Shown here one piece after another: positions 19,874 to 29,003 of a stretch of 49,285 bases of DNA. The stretch's first letter is position 1. Each line of letters opens with the position of its first letter. Both the position numbers and the translations under genes were made by a program. The stretch is taken from sequence record SRR22947727_1198. One strand, 5' to 3'. The notes beneath the pieces were generated by a model that was given only the letters and a program-made list of their open reading frames with translations, was not told the origin of the DNA and did no database searches.

Positions 19874-21106
19874 CTATTTACTCGGTAAGTTTAAAAGTCG
19901 TTTAGCAATTATATTTAATTGAATTTCAGAAGTACCTCCTAAAATAGTATAGGCTCTTGAATATAACCAATTTGACGTCATCATTTCTGGCTGCCCGTCA
20001 TCACCAAGTTTTAATTCTTCTAAATCAGACACTGCAACTCTAAGCTCGTAACCACGTTTTATAATTTGAGTTGAGGCATATTTCACTATTGAAGATTGAG
20101 AACCAATTTCTACTCCTGAATTTGATTGTGACTCTAATAACTCTGCAAGTGCACTACAAGCTGCATCATCTATCAATGCAGTCGATAAATTTACTCTAGC
20201 GACTGGGTCATTTAACTTATTACTGCTATTTAATCCTATTTGGTTAATTGTAGTTTCAATTATTGGTAATTCATATCCACGTCCATTTAGGGTGTATCCA
20301 CCTAAACTTCCTCGCTCATGAGTTAGTAGGTACATACCAACTTCCCATCCCTGACCAATGCTTCCTACCATTGAGGGATTATCCGGGCCGTAATATTTAG
20401 GAACTTTTACATCATCAAAAAACACCTCGCAAAAAACTGACTTTCCTGAAATAAGCTCAATTGGCCGAACTGTAATATCTTCATTAGCCAAATCCATAAG
20501 TATGAATGAGATTCCTTTATGCTTTTTTTCTTCATTACTGGTTCGCACCATAGCGAATATCCAATCACTTTCATCAGCATTTGATGTCCATACTTTTTGT
20601 CCGCTAACTACCCATTCATTTCCTGCGTCAATACATTTTGTCTTTAATGATGCTAAATCAGAGCCAGCATTTGGCTCAGAATACCCCTGACACCACCTAA
20701 TTTCTCCTCGTGCAATAGGAGGGAGATGTTTAGATTTTTGCTGTTGAGTTCCATACTTTAAAAGAGCAGGACCCAACATAGTTATACCATAACTATAGAG
20801 AGGCGCCCTTATGCCTAGTGAAGTCATTTCTTCTTTGAGGATATCAGCATTTAAAGCTGACATACCAGCCCCACCAAATTCCTCTGGCCATGATGGAACC
20901 GTCCAGCCTTTTTCAATGCATTTACTTAACCATTGTTTTTGGAATTTAGACTCAAATTCCCACTTTTTTCCTCCCCAGCATCGTCCTTCTGATCCGGTTT
21001 TTCCATCACGCATTTCTTTCGGACAATTCTCAATAAGCCACTCTCTACATTCAAGCCTAAAGGCTTGTGATGACTTTTCGTCAGATTTTAAAACTGTAGC
21101 GACCAT
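19874..21106 (-). CDS. Acyl-CoA dehydrogenase, catalytic subunit of a heterotetrameric pair
   Basis: WCQGYSEPNAGSDLASL, GQKVWTS, FCEVFFDDV, TILGGTSEIQ. Confidence 0.92.
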   Translation of the reverse strand: MVATVLKSDEKSSQAFRLECREWLIENCPKEMRDGKTGSEGRCWGGKKWEFESKFQKQWLSKCIEKGWTVPSWPEEFGGAGMSALNADILKEEMTSLGIRAPLYSYGITMLGPALLKYGTQQQKSKHLPPIARGEIRWCQGYSEPNAGSDLASLKTKCIDAGNEWVVSGQKVWTSNADESDWIFAMVRTSNEEKKHKGISFILMDLANEDITVRPIELISGKSVFCEVFFDDVKVPKYYGPDNPSMVGSIGQGWEVGMYLLTHERGSLGGYTLNGRGYELPIIETTINQIGLNSSNKLNDPVARVNLSTALIDDAACSALAELLESQSNSGVEIGSQSSIVKYASTQIIKRGYELRVAVSDLEELKLGDDGQPEMMTSNWLYSRAYTILGGTSEIQLNIIAKRLLNLPSK

Positions 21107-21140
21107 TTTTCTATAATGCAGAACTTTACATCAAATAAAT

Positions 21141-21160
21141 AGCTAACATTCCTATCAGGA
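21141..21160. promoter_or_regulatory. lux-box-like 20-mer upstream of the ACAD/molybdoenzyme operon
   Basis: AGCTAACATTCCTATCAGGA (CT-N12-AG); minus strand ends TGTTAGCT, as does the box at 25690. Confidence 0.5.
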
Positions 21161-21215
21161 TAAACATTAAAAAAGCTTTTTTATCACTCAAACTAAAGAT
21201 AAAAATAAATAAATA

Positions 21216-21659
21216 TCAATTCCTGCCAGCGGCTTCAAAACCTCCACCAATTATATATGCCTCATGCTGAAGTCTTTGCTCCATTAATGACCATACTTCT
21301 GATGAAAGCTCTTCACCCACAGCAACACCTAGATCACTCATTAATGATAAAATATTACTTGCTAACTGGTATTTTCTTTCATCACTTTCATTATCATTAA
21401 AACTCTTCAAAGCTTCGGAAAGTTTATTGGAAGAATGATGACTTAAATCAAATTTTTTAGCAACTGAAAGAATAGATGCTATTTCCTGTTTCATCCATTC
21501 TTTTTCATTTTCACTACGGACCGAACAGCTAGAAAGAACCCCAATAATAGTATCAATTTGAGCAATTTTTACTGGATCGCTTAATCCTTGTTTCAGCGAG
21601 GTTCCCATTTCATGCGTTACCCCACGTAATATTTCAGATATAGAGGGTGAAATTATCAT
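21216..21659 (-). CDS. Small helical protein, LvaB/DUF6285-like partner of the APH kinase
   Basis: Coupled (TAATG) to the APH gene; N-terminus PSISEILRGV..L..LS recalls LvaB/DUF6285 (by eye). Confidence 0.55.
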   Translation of the reverse strand: MIISPSISEILRGVTHEMGTSLKQGLSDPVKIAQIDTIIGVLSSCSVRSENEKEWMKQEIASILSVAKKFDLSHHSSNKLSEALKSFNDNESDERKYQLASNILSLMSDLGVAVGEELSSEVWSLMEQRLQHEAYIIGGGFEAAGRN

Positions 21660-22696
21660 TACCGACTCCTTTTCATTTCTTCTACTATTTTAACAGCATT
21701 CATCCACATTGTATGCTGATAGCTTGTAATAGATAGATAGTAAGCAGCTAGGACTGATTGAGCCTGTTTTGAATTTTTTGCTAACGCATCGCTAGATTTC
21801 ATCATTCCACGATGGGTTCGAATTGATGAAATAATCAAAAAATAAGCCGAGGTTTCTGGGTTTATTATTTCTTTTGAAAGACCTGAAACAGCACGGTATT
21901 CATCATAAAACCCTTTAGGATCAGCTGCAAGAATATCTGGAGGAATTGTATTGCAAACCATAGTTAACCATCCTAAATCCTCGCGAGGATCTCCAATATG
22001 AGATAGTTCCCAATCAACTAACAATGCATCTTTTTCCTCATTAAGAGAAATCATATTACTTACTTGAAAATCTCCATGAACTAAACTTAGAGGTGCTGCA
22101 GGTGGACGATTCTCATCAAGCCATTTAGCCATATACCTCAAAAAAGGACGGGAGTTAAAAGACTCACTTTCTGTTTCCTTAAACAATTCGATTTGAGAAG
22201 TTAAATAATCATCCCAATTTCTGGGCGAATGCATACTAGCAGGTAAATTTTTTATTTCCTGACTATGAACTGATGCAGCTGAACGCGCAACTATCCGATT
22301 TAATGAACCTAGTTTATCATCTTGTGTGTCACGGCAAACATCTACAAAGGGTCTTCCTGTTTCAGCTTTGTAAATAAATGCTGCACTATCAAAAAAATCA
22401 CCTTTAATATCTGATGCTAACAGTGTCGGAGTTTCCACCTCCTCATTTACAGATAAGTAATTTAAAATATCATTTTCAACCATACGGTCAATACGAACTA
22501 TCCCAGTCGCACCTAAAGGGACATACTGTAAAACAATTTCCTCAGTACTGTTCTTAGTTTTTATTAAATATTTAAAAGTAAGGCGACTATAGCCACCGGA
22601 AATTGGAGAAATTTCCAATATTTTCGCTCCTTTATAAAATTTATTAGTAGAAGAGAGACAAGCAATTGCAGCTTCTGGAAGTGCACTAATATCCAT
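21659..22696 (-). CDS. APH/ChoK-family phosphotransferase (ACAD10/11 kinase/LvaA-like)
   Basis: GGYS P-loop, HGDFQVSN, DWELSHIGDPREDLGW. Confidence 0.88.
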   Translation of the reverse strand: MDISALPEAAIACLSSTNKFYKGAKILEISPISGGYSRLTFKYLIKTKNSTEEIVLQYVPLGATGIVRIDRMVENDILNYLSVNEEVETPTLLASDIKGDFFDSAAFIYKAETGRPFVDVCRDTQDDKLGSLNRIVARSAASVHSQEIKNLPASMHSPRNWDDYLTSQIELFKETESESFNSRPFLRYMAKWLDENRPPAAPLSLVHGDFQVSNMISLNEEKDALLVDWELSHIGDPREDLGWLTMVCNTIPPDILAADPKGFYDEYRAVSGLSKEIINPETSAYFLIISSIRTHRGMMKSSDALAKNSKQAQSVLAAYYLSITSYQHTMWMNAVKIVEEMKRSR

Positions 22697-22754
22697 AATA
22701 ATCCTCCGTAAATATTATTTTCAGTTTATATTTAAAAAATATTTTAAGTTGGTA

Positions 22755-23528
22755 CTAACGCGCTGTCCAACCACCATCTATCACAAGTTCAGATCCCACC
22801 ATATAACTGGACTCATCGGAAGCCAGAAAAAGAACTGCATTTGCAATCTCATTTGGCTCAGCCATACGACCAATTGGCGTCATTTCTGCAAGTGTGCTAA
22901 ATAATACTTCTACACTATCAGCAACTCCATCGTTAACTAAATTCTGCATTCCTTGTTGCAATAAAGGAGTATGCACAAATCCTGGATGAACAGAATTTGC
23001 TCGTATTGAAACATTTTTTGAAGCAAATTCTATTGCTATGGCTTTTGTAAAAGAGGAAATGGCGCCTTTGGAGGCATTGTATCCCGATGTATCAATGTAG
23101 CCAACCTTGCTCAACATTGAACTTATATTAACAATTGAAGCACCGCCTTTTCTTTCTCTCGCCTTAGATAATATATTATAGCAATGCTTAACGCCAAGAA
23201 ATGCACCATCGACATTAATAGACATAACTCGACGCCAGTTTATTAAGCTTGTTTCTTGCACAGGACCTACACAATCAACGCCAGCATTGTTCACCAATAT
23301 ATCAAGTGAATCACGCTCATCAGCGATTTTCTGAGCCACTCTTTTCCAATCCGACTCATTGGTTACATCAGCATTAATATAATTTAAATTCAAGCTCAGT
23401 GCTTCGCTGGGTTTATCTACATCCGTTATGTATACAGTAGAACCTTCGTCTGCTAGCCTGTTTGCTATTGCTAACCCAATTCCTTTAAGCCCGCCTGTAA
23501 CTAAGGCAGTTGTACCCGCACATCTCAT
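22755..23528 (-). CDS. SDR family oxidoreductase
   Basis: TGGLKGIG, NNAG, YNASK. Confidence 0.92.
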   Translation of the reverse strand: MRCAGTTALVTGGLKGIGLAIANRLADEGSTVYITDVDKPSEALSLNLNYINADVTNESDWKRVAQKIADERDSLDILVNNAGVDCVGPVQETSLINWRRVMSINVDGAFLGVKHCYNILSKARERKGGASIVNISSMLSKVGYIDTSGYNASKGAISSFTKAIAIEFASKNVSIRANSVHPGFVHTPLLQQGMQNLVNDGVADSVEVLFSTLAEMTPIGRMAEPNEIANAVLFLASDESSYMVGSELVIDGGWTAR

Positions 23529-24304
23529 ACCCCCATCATCCCAGCTGTAGTTGCCCCATCTATATTATAGGAAGCTCCGGAAATAAATGCTGCCTCATCG
23601 CTACCTAAATAAACAACTAGACCCGCAATCTCGTTCACATGTGCCATACGTTTCATAGGGGCCATACCTTCAAACATTGCTCTTGCAGCATCGGAATCTG
23701 GAGCACCCGCAATGACACCTTTAATCATCTCTGTTTCAACAACACCAGGATGAATTACATTACACCTAACCTTAAGTCCTTGTCCTGCACAATGAACAGC
23801 GGTCGATTTTGCTAAGGCAATATGAGCACCTTTTGTAGTAGAGTAAGTTACAAAGTTACCAAGAGGAATATGAGCATTCATAGAACTGTTTAATATAATA
23901 GAACCATTAGGTCCATCAGGATTTTTCCTCATTAAACGTACTGCCATTTGCGTTGTGAGCATCGCACCTGTGAGATTAATTGCAACCAACTTATTCCATA
24001 CTTCGATATTTATATTTTCTATATCGGTATCACCCATCTCTGTTCCGGCATTAGCAAATGCTATATCTAATCTCTCGTATTGCGTTTTAACAATCTCTGA
24101 TATTTTTTCATATCCCTTAGAGTCTGTTACATCATGATGAATAAAATGAGATCCAGTTTCCTTAGCAATAGCTTTTCCTGCGGCATCATTACGGCCAGTA
24201 AAAAGTACTTTTGCTCCCTCGGAGATTAAACGGTATACAGTGGCTTTACCAATCCCAGAAGTTCCCCCTGTTATGAAAGCCACTTTATTCTCTAGACGTG
24301 ACAT
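23525..24304 (-). CDS. SDR family oxidoreductase
   Basis: TGGTSGIG, ANAG, YSTTK; GGAGG RBS; ATGA overlap with the next gene. Confidence 0.92.
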   Translation of the reverse strand: MSRLENKVAFITGGTSGIGKATVYRLISEGAKVLFTGRNDAAGKAIAKETGSHFIHHDVTDSKGYEKISEIVKTQYERLDIAFANAGTEMGDTDIENINIEVWNKLVAINLTGAMLTTQMAVRLMRKNPDGPNGSIILNSSMNAHIPLGNFVTYSTTKGAHIALAKSTAVHCAGQGLKVRCNVIHPGVVETEMIKGVIAGAPDSDAARAMFEGMAPMKRMAHVNEIAGLVVYLGSDEAAFISGASYNIDGATTAGMMGV

Positions 24305-24351
24305 TACTTCCTCCCTTTTTATATACTTTTACACAGCTTAGATTTTAAAAT

Positions 24352-24371
24352 AACTATGCAATAGATAAGGT
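24352..24371. promoter_or_regulatory. lux-box-like 20-mer between luxR and the divergent SDR-APH operon
   Basis: AACTATGCAATAGATAAGGT (CT-N12-AG). Confidence 0.5.
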
Positions 24372-24467
24372 ATCTTAAGTTTAATTTACGTTTAAGTACA
24401 ACCTCGGAGTTGCTTCATTTAGATTTTAAACTTATAAGAAATTTAAACTAAATTAAAAGAAACCTTA

Positions 24468-25238
24468 ATGAGTATAATAGAAAACATCAAAAAGATAAGG
24501 ATAAATAATGTTGACGACATTAAACTCTCCGCTGAAAATTTCCGTGATATAGTTCACGCTCTTTGTGGTTTGAAGATAGCTGCAAGCCATAATATCGCTA
24601 GATCAAATACACCAATCGATAAGTCCGGAGAGTTACTTGCAACTTCAGTCTTTGGTTGGGAGGGCACCAGTAAAGACTGGTGGAAAACAGAAAGCCTTGC
24701 TTTAAACTCGCCTATTATTACCGCCTGTAGATATGAAAACGAACCCTTTTGGATTAACGGTCAAGGTATTTATTCAAGAACAGAAAATCATTTTTTGAAA
24801 GAAATTGATTTAGTTAAGTTTACACAAAGAGCAATGACTCATGCTGCTATAGTTGTTCCCGTGCATATGCCATTTGGTCAGATAGGGGCAGTAAGTTTTA
24901 ATCCAATATCGAAAGAGCATCATGACTTAACCGATTTCTATGATAAATACTCTGAAGAACTAGGTATTTACAGTCACTCATTTATTAACAGTTATGTAAA
25001 TGTATCAGCTCGAACCCCCCTCCTACCCATAAAATCTAAATTATCTCGTAGAGAAGTAGAGTGTCTCCGGTGGGCAGCTTTAGGTAAGACAGATCATGAA
25101 ATAAGTCTCATACTTGAGCGAAGCAGAGCTACAGTCAGATTTCACATACATAATGCCACAACAAAACTTGATGCAGTCAATAAAAGTCAAGCTGTCTTTA
25201 AAGCGACTCAACTTGGGTACATATCAATTAAAAGATAG
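24468..25238 (+). CDS. LuxR-family solo transcriptional regulator (autoinducer-binding-like domain + HTH)
   Basis: HTH LSRREVECLRWAALGKTDHEI...TVRFHIHNA..KL; N-domain SPIITAC..PFW and VPVH; no luxI in window. Confidence 0.92.
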   Translation: MSIIENIKKIRINNVDDIKLSAENFRDIVHALCGLKIAASHNIARSNTPIDKSGELLATSVFGWEGTSKDWWKTESLALNSPIITACRYENEPFWINGQGIYSRTENHFLKEIDLVKFTQRAMTHAAIVVPVHMPFGQIGAVSFNPISKEHHDLTDFYDKYSEELGIYSHSFINSYVNVSARTPLLPIKSKLSRREVECLRWAALGKTDHEISLILERSRATVRFHIHNATTKLDAVNKSQAVFKATQLGYISIKR

Positions 25239-25241
25239 TAG

Positions 25242-25643
25242 TTATTTAGTTGCTTTTGATTTCGCTTCGCAAGCTCTTATGACCTGATTTGGGTTAAAAT
25301 AGTATGGACGAATTTCACATACTTTATCACCTTTAAACAATGAAACTTCCATCATTTCAACTGGTTCTAAATTATCATCAGCCAGAAGCAAAGTGACTTT
25401 ATTGGCAACAGAGTTTTTCCCTACCAACATATCACCTCTTTCCATACCTACAACTCCCATTGTTTCCATAACTATTGGAAACAATTCTCTTAAACATTGT
25501 TTGCCAGTATATGTTCCTGCAAAGGGTAGTAGCTCAGATTCCTCAACCCGAAAGTCATCCGTCAAAAAAGATTCTACCTTTTCAAAGTCACCTATAGCAG
25601 ATGCATTATACATAGCTTCAACAATTGCTTTTAAATCTGTCAT
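25242..25643 (-). CDS. SnoaL-like NTF2 protein
   Basis: LPFAGTYTG and KVCEIRPYYF patterns; GGGAG RBS. Confidence 0.82.
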   Translation of the reverse strand: MTDLKAIVEAMYNASAIGDFEKVESFLTDDFRVEESELLPFAGTYTGKQCLRELFPIVMETMGVVGMERGDMLVGKNSVANKVTLLLADDNLEPVEMMEVSLFKGDKVCEIRPYYFNPNQVIRACEAKSKATK

Positions 25644-25689
25644 AAAAATTCTCCCCTGAACCTATTGACTCAATTTTCATTTTTTGTGC

Positions 25690-25709
25690 ACCTATCGAAT
25701 TTGTTAGCT
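25690..25709. promoter_or_regulatory. lux-box-like 20-mer in a divergent promoter
   Basis: ACCTATCGAATTTGTTAGCT, resembling the canonical lux box ACCT-N12-AGGT. Confidence 0.6.
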
Positions 25710-25757
25710 AATGAAAAGTTACTGGTTAATGCACATTACATTTAAAAGGAAACAAAA

Positions 25758-26060
25758 ATGATTACAATTATAGGACGTTTAAATATCGAACCCTCAGTCA
25801 TGGAAGATTATGATAAAGATGTTAAAGAGCTTAGCTCAAAAGTCATAAATGAGGATGGTTGCCATTTTTATTCATTAGTTGTCGAGGATAAAGAAAATGG
25901 AGTTGTAACTATTGCAGAAATTTGGCGCGATGAACCAGCATTATTTGTTCACTGGGGGCAATCATGGGTAACAGATTTCATGGAAAAATATGGTGCTAAA
26001 GTGACTGGGTCAACATTAAAAATGTATGACACAACAAATGAACGAGACCTACCAAGCTAA
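25758..26060 (+). CDS. ABM-family (putative quinol monooxygenase) protein
   Basis: 100 aa; EDGC..Y, EIWRD..AL..H pattern; AAGGA RBS. Confidence 0.82.
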   Translation: MITIIGRLNIEPSVMEDYDKDVKELSSKVINEDGCHFYSLVVEDKENGVVTIAEIWRDEPALFVHWGQSWVTDFMEKYGAKVTGSTLKMYDTTNERDLPS

Positions 26061-26080
26061 AAATTAATTAGGAAAAAAAC

Positions 26081-27079
26081 ATGGAAAATAGATACTGGAG
26101 ATTAAATAATCACCCAGAAGGAATAAACTTTGCTTCTGCCCTTTCACTGGAAATTCAAAAAAAACCAAATCCGCAAGAAGGTCAAATACTCATTAAAAAT
26201 GATTATTTATCTCTGGATGCGGGAACTAGACTATGGATGACACCTAGAACAGATGGTTACCAGCCACCCCTGCCCTTAGGTTCCATGATGGTTGGCCTAT
26301 GCCTAGGCGAAGTTATAGAAAGTAAACATCCTAATTTTAAAGTAGGCGATTATGTAAGAGCATTCGGAAATTGGGCTGACTATTCATGCGTGGATCCCAT
26401 TATAACAGGAACAATAATAGTCGACAGAAATATTTCGGATATACGTCAACACTTTGGCGTACTTGGTATGAATGGATGGACTGCTCTATGGGGATTAACA
26501 GAGACAGCAAAAATTAAAAAAGGGGAAAATGTACTTATCTCTGCCGCTGCTGGTTCTACAGGAATTCTCGCATGCCAAATTGCAGCAAATGCTGGTTGTA
26601 ATGTTTACGCGCTCAGCGGTAAAGATAACAAATGTAGTTTTTTAGAGAAAAACATGGGAGTCAAGCAGGCTTTCAATTATAAAACTGATGATTTAGGTGA
26701 TGAGTTTTCTAAGATTCCAAATGGCATAGATGTTTATTTTGATAATGTTGGCGGTCCTATACTTGATAATGTTCTACCAAATATGGCATTATACGGTCGC
26801 ATTGCAATAAGCGGTCTGATTTCTGACTATGAAAAAGACAGGCCAACAGCACCGCAAAGATTTGACCAAATATTGATGAAAAGACTAACTGTTACTGGAT
26901 TTTTCTCTCCAGACTTCATGGATCAAGGGCCAAGGTTAACTAAAGAATTGCTATCAATGTTAAAAAACAAAAGCATTAAAATGCCTTTTGATCAAACAAA
27001 TGGATTGGAAAATATGCTAAAAGCATACAGCAAACTTTTCACGGGAGAAAATATAGGAAAAGTTTTGTTACAACTGTAA
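26081..27079 (+). CDS. NADP-dependent enone/alkenal reductase (CurA/PTGR family)
   Basis: YLSLDAG.R.W, GMNGWTA, SAAAGSTG, YFDNVGG, GENIGK. Confidence 0.92.
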   Translation: MENRYWRLNNHPEGINFASALSLEIQKKPNPQEGQILIKNDYLSLDAGTRLWMTPRTDGYQPPLPLGSMMVGLCLGEVIESKHPNFKVGDYVRAFGNWADYSCVDPIITGTIIVDRNISDIRQHFGVLGMNGWTALWGLTETAKIKKGENVLISAAAGSTGILACQIAANAGCNVYALSGKDNKCSFLEKNMGVKQAFNYKTDDLGDEFSKIPNGIDVYFDNVGGPILDNVLPNMALYGRIAISGLISDYEKDRPTAPQRFDQILMKRLTVTGFFSPDFMDQGPRLTKELLSMLKNKSIKMPFDQTNGLENMLKAYSKLFTGENIGKVLLQL

Positions 27080-27082
27080 TTA

Positions 27083-27847
27083 TTATGCAGTCATTCCTCC
27101 ATCAATCACAAACTCACCACCTGTAATATATACTGCTTCATCAGAAGCTAAGAAAAGAACTAAGTTTGCGACCTCATCAGCTGTACCAAATCTGCCCATA
27201 GGTACAGATGCCGCAACAGCCTCATAAAATTCTGCATTATCGCGTTTAGCATCATTTTGAATATTGGTATCAATCATACCAGGGTGTACAGTGTTAATTC
27301 GAATGTTATCCTTTGCGGTCTCAATTGCTGCAGTTTTTTGCATTAACCGAACTCCTCCTTTTGAAGCTGCATATGCATAGCAACCCGCGAACCCTTTTAA
27401 ACCAACAATGGAAGACATAGATACAATTGATCCTCCCTCGCCTATCTCACGCATCAACGAAACAGCTCTTTGGGTACCATAATAAACACTATTCATGTTT
27501 ACATCTATTTGCTTATGATATGCAGCAGGGGTTAAGTCATCTAAAGTTCCTAGCATTGCTATTCCTGCATTATTGATAAGTATATCAAGTCTTCCATGAT
27601 CTTTTTTGATTTGATTAAAAACTGCATCCCAATCAGCTTCTGATGCAACATCATGAACAGCGCCTATTGCATTACCTCCAGATGAGTTTATTTCTTTGAC
27701 CGCGTCTTCTAAACCTTCTTTGTTTACATCAGTTAGATATACAATAGCACCTTCTTTAGCTAGTCTTGCAGCGCATGAATAACCTATACCGGGTCTTGAT
27801 GCTCCTCCCGTTACAAGAGCTATTTTTCCTTTTACACGATCTGTCAT
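27083..27847 (-). CDS. SDR family oxidoreductase
   Basis: TGGASRPGIG (2-residue insertion), NNAG, YAASK. Confidence 0.92.
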   Translation of the reverse strand: MTDRVKGKIALVTGGASRPGIGYSCAARLAKEGAIVYLTDVNKEGLEDAVKEINSSGGNAIGAVHDVASEADWDAVFNQIKKDHGRLDILINNAGIAMLGTLDDLTPAAYHKQIDVNMNSVYYGTQRAVSLMREIGEGGSIVSMSSIVGLKGFAGCYAYAASKGGVRLMQKTAAIETAKDNIRINTVHPGMIDTNIQNDAKRDNAEFYEAVAASVPMGRFGTADEVANLVLFLASDEAVYITGGEFVIDGGMTA

Positions 27848-27901
27848 CTAAATTCCCCAAAATATTTTCTTGCTATATTATGTCAAATAGTACTTATTAA
27901 T

Positions 27902-27921
27902 ACCCCGCAAAAAAGTTAGTT
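27902..27921. promoter_or_regulatory. lux-box-like 20-mer in a divergent promoter
   Basis: ACCCCGCAAAAAAGTTAGTT (CC-N12-AG); -10-like hexamers 19 nt away on both sides (TAGAGT plus, CATAAT minus). Confidence 0.5.
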
Positions 27922-27971
27922 GTAAAAATTTTAAATAAAATAGAGTTTCACATTAAATATAAGGCCTTCTA

Positions 27972-28985
27972 ATGACATCTAACCGTAAGTTTATTCTTAA
28001 GAAAAGACCTCAAGGAACACCTAAACCGGAAGACTTCGAATTAATTACTGAAAATATTCCAGAATTAGACGAAGGCTCCATATTAATTCGTAACCATTAC
28101 ATTTCTTTAGATCCAGCTATAAGGGGCTGGCTGGACGATACACCCTCATACCTTCCCCCAGTGGAAATTGGGCAATCTGTTCGTGCAACAGCGATAGGGC
28201 AAGTAACTGCTTCAAAGAATGATAACTTTAATCCAGGAGATTGGGTCTTAGGTTTAAATGGAATAGAGGAATTTTCTATTGTCGAAGAAGGGGGTTTTAC
28301 AGCACAAATAGATAATAGCATCGTTCCTTCACCTACAAACTATTTGTCAATTCTGGGAGCAGTAGGAATGACTGCATATTTTGGCTTGCTTGACGCAGGA
28401 AAGCCCAAAGAGGGAGAAACAGTTCTTGTATCTGGCGCTGCTGGAGCTGTTGGTTCAGCAGTTGGGCAAATCGCAAAAATAAAAGGCTGTAAAACCATAG
28501 GTATAGCTGGCGGGTCTGTAAAATGTGAAAGATTGATAAAAGACTATGGTTTCGATGCAGCTATAGATTATCGCGGTAAAGACCCCATTAGTCTTGAGAA
28601 AGCTATATCTGAAGCAGCACCAGATGGTGTAGACATTATATTTGAAAATGTTGGAGGTGATATTCTTGATGCAAGTTTATTATCTATTAATGAACATGCT
28701 AGAATTGTTCTGTGCGGACTTATTTCTGAATACAATACCGAACATAAAGGGGCAAAGAACTTATGGCAACTTATCGTAAAACAAGCTGTTATCAGAGGGT
28801 TTTTAATTCGTGACTATGCCCCTAAATTTGCGGAAGGTGGAGTCGAAATGGCTAAATGGATAGCAGATGGAAAAATCAATTTTGATGAGCACATAGAAAA
28901 AGGTATAGAAAACACTTATGATGCCTTTATGCTTTTATTTTCTGGTGGGAATAAAGGAAAGCTTATCCTTGACGTCAGACCGTAA
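27972..28985 (+). CDS. NADP-dependent enone/alkenal reductase (CurA/PTGR family)
   Basis: RPQG.P, YISLDPAIRGW, SGAAGAVG, FENVGG, GGNKGK. Confidence 0.93.
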   Translation: MTSNRKFILKKRPQGTPKPEDFELITENIPELDEGSILIRNHYISLDPAIRGWLDDTPSYLPPVEIGQSVRATAIGQVTASKNDNFNPGDWVLGLNGIEEFSIVEEGGFTAQIDNSIVPSPTNYLSILGAVGMTAYFGLLDAGKPKEGETVLVSGAAGAVGSAVGQIAKIKGCKTIGIAGGSVKCERLIKDYGFDAAIDYRGKDPISLEKAISEAAPDGVDIIFENVGGDILDASLLSINEHARIVLCGLISEYNTEHKGAKNLWQLIVKQAVIRGFLIRDYAPKFAEGGVEMAKWIADGKINFDEHIEKGIENTYDAFMLLFSGGNKGKLILDVRP

Positions 28986-29003
28986 CTAAAAAGAGGTATA
29001 AAA

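Noticed and set aside
21659-22696. Aminoglycoside resistance gene
   Set aside because: Motifs and acyl-CoA context indicate an ACAD10/11-LvaA-type metabolic kinase.
24418-24452. Imperfect palindrome upstream of luxR
   Set aside because: Almost purely A/T with mismatches; expected by chance at this composition.
24468-25238. Classical AHL quorum-sensing module
   Set aside because: No luxI in the window and key AHL-binding residues appear substituted.
27861-27888. dif-like site (TATA-TTATGTCAAAT resembles a XerD arm)
   Set aside because: The XerC arm (AATATTTTCTT) lacks the CATAA core; better explained as promoter sequence.
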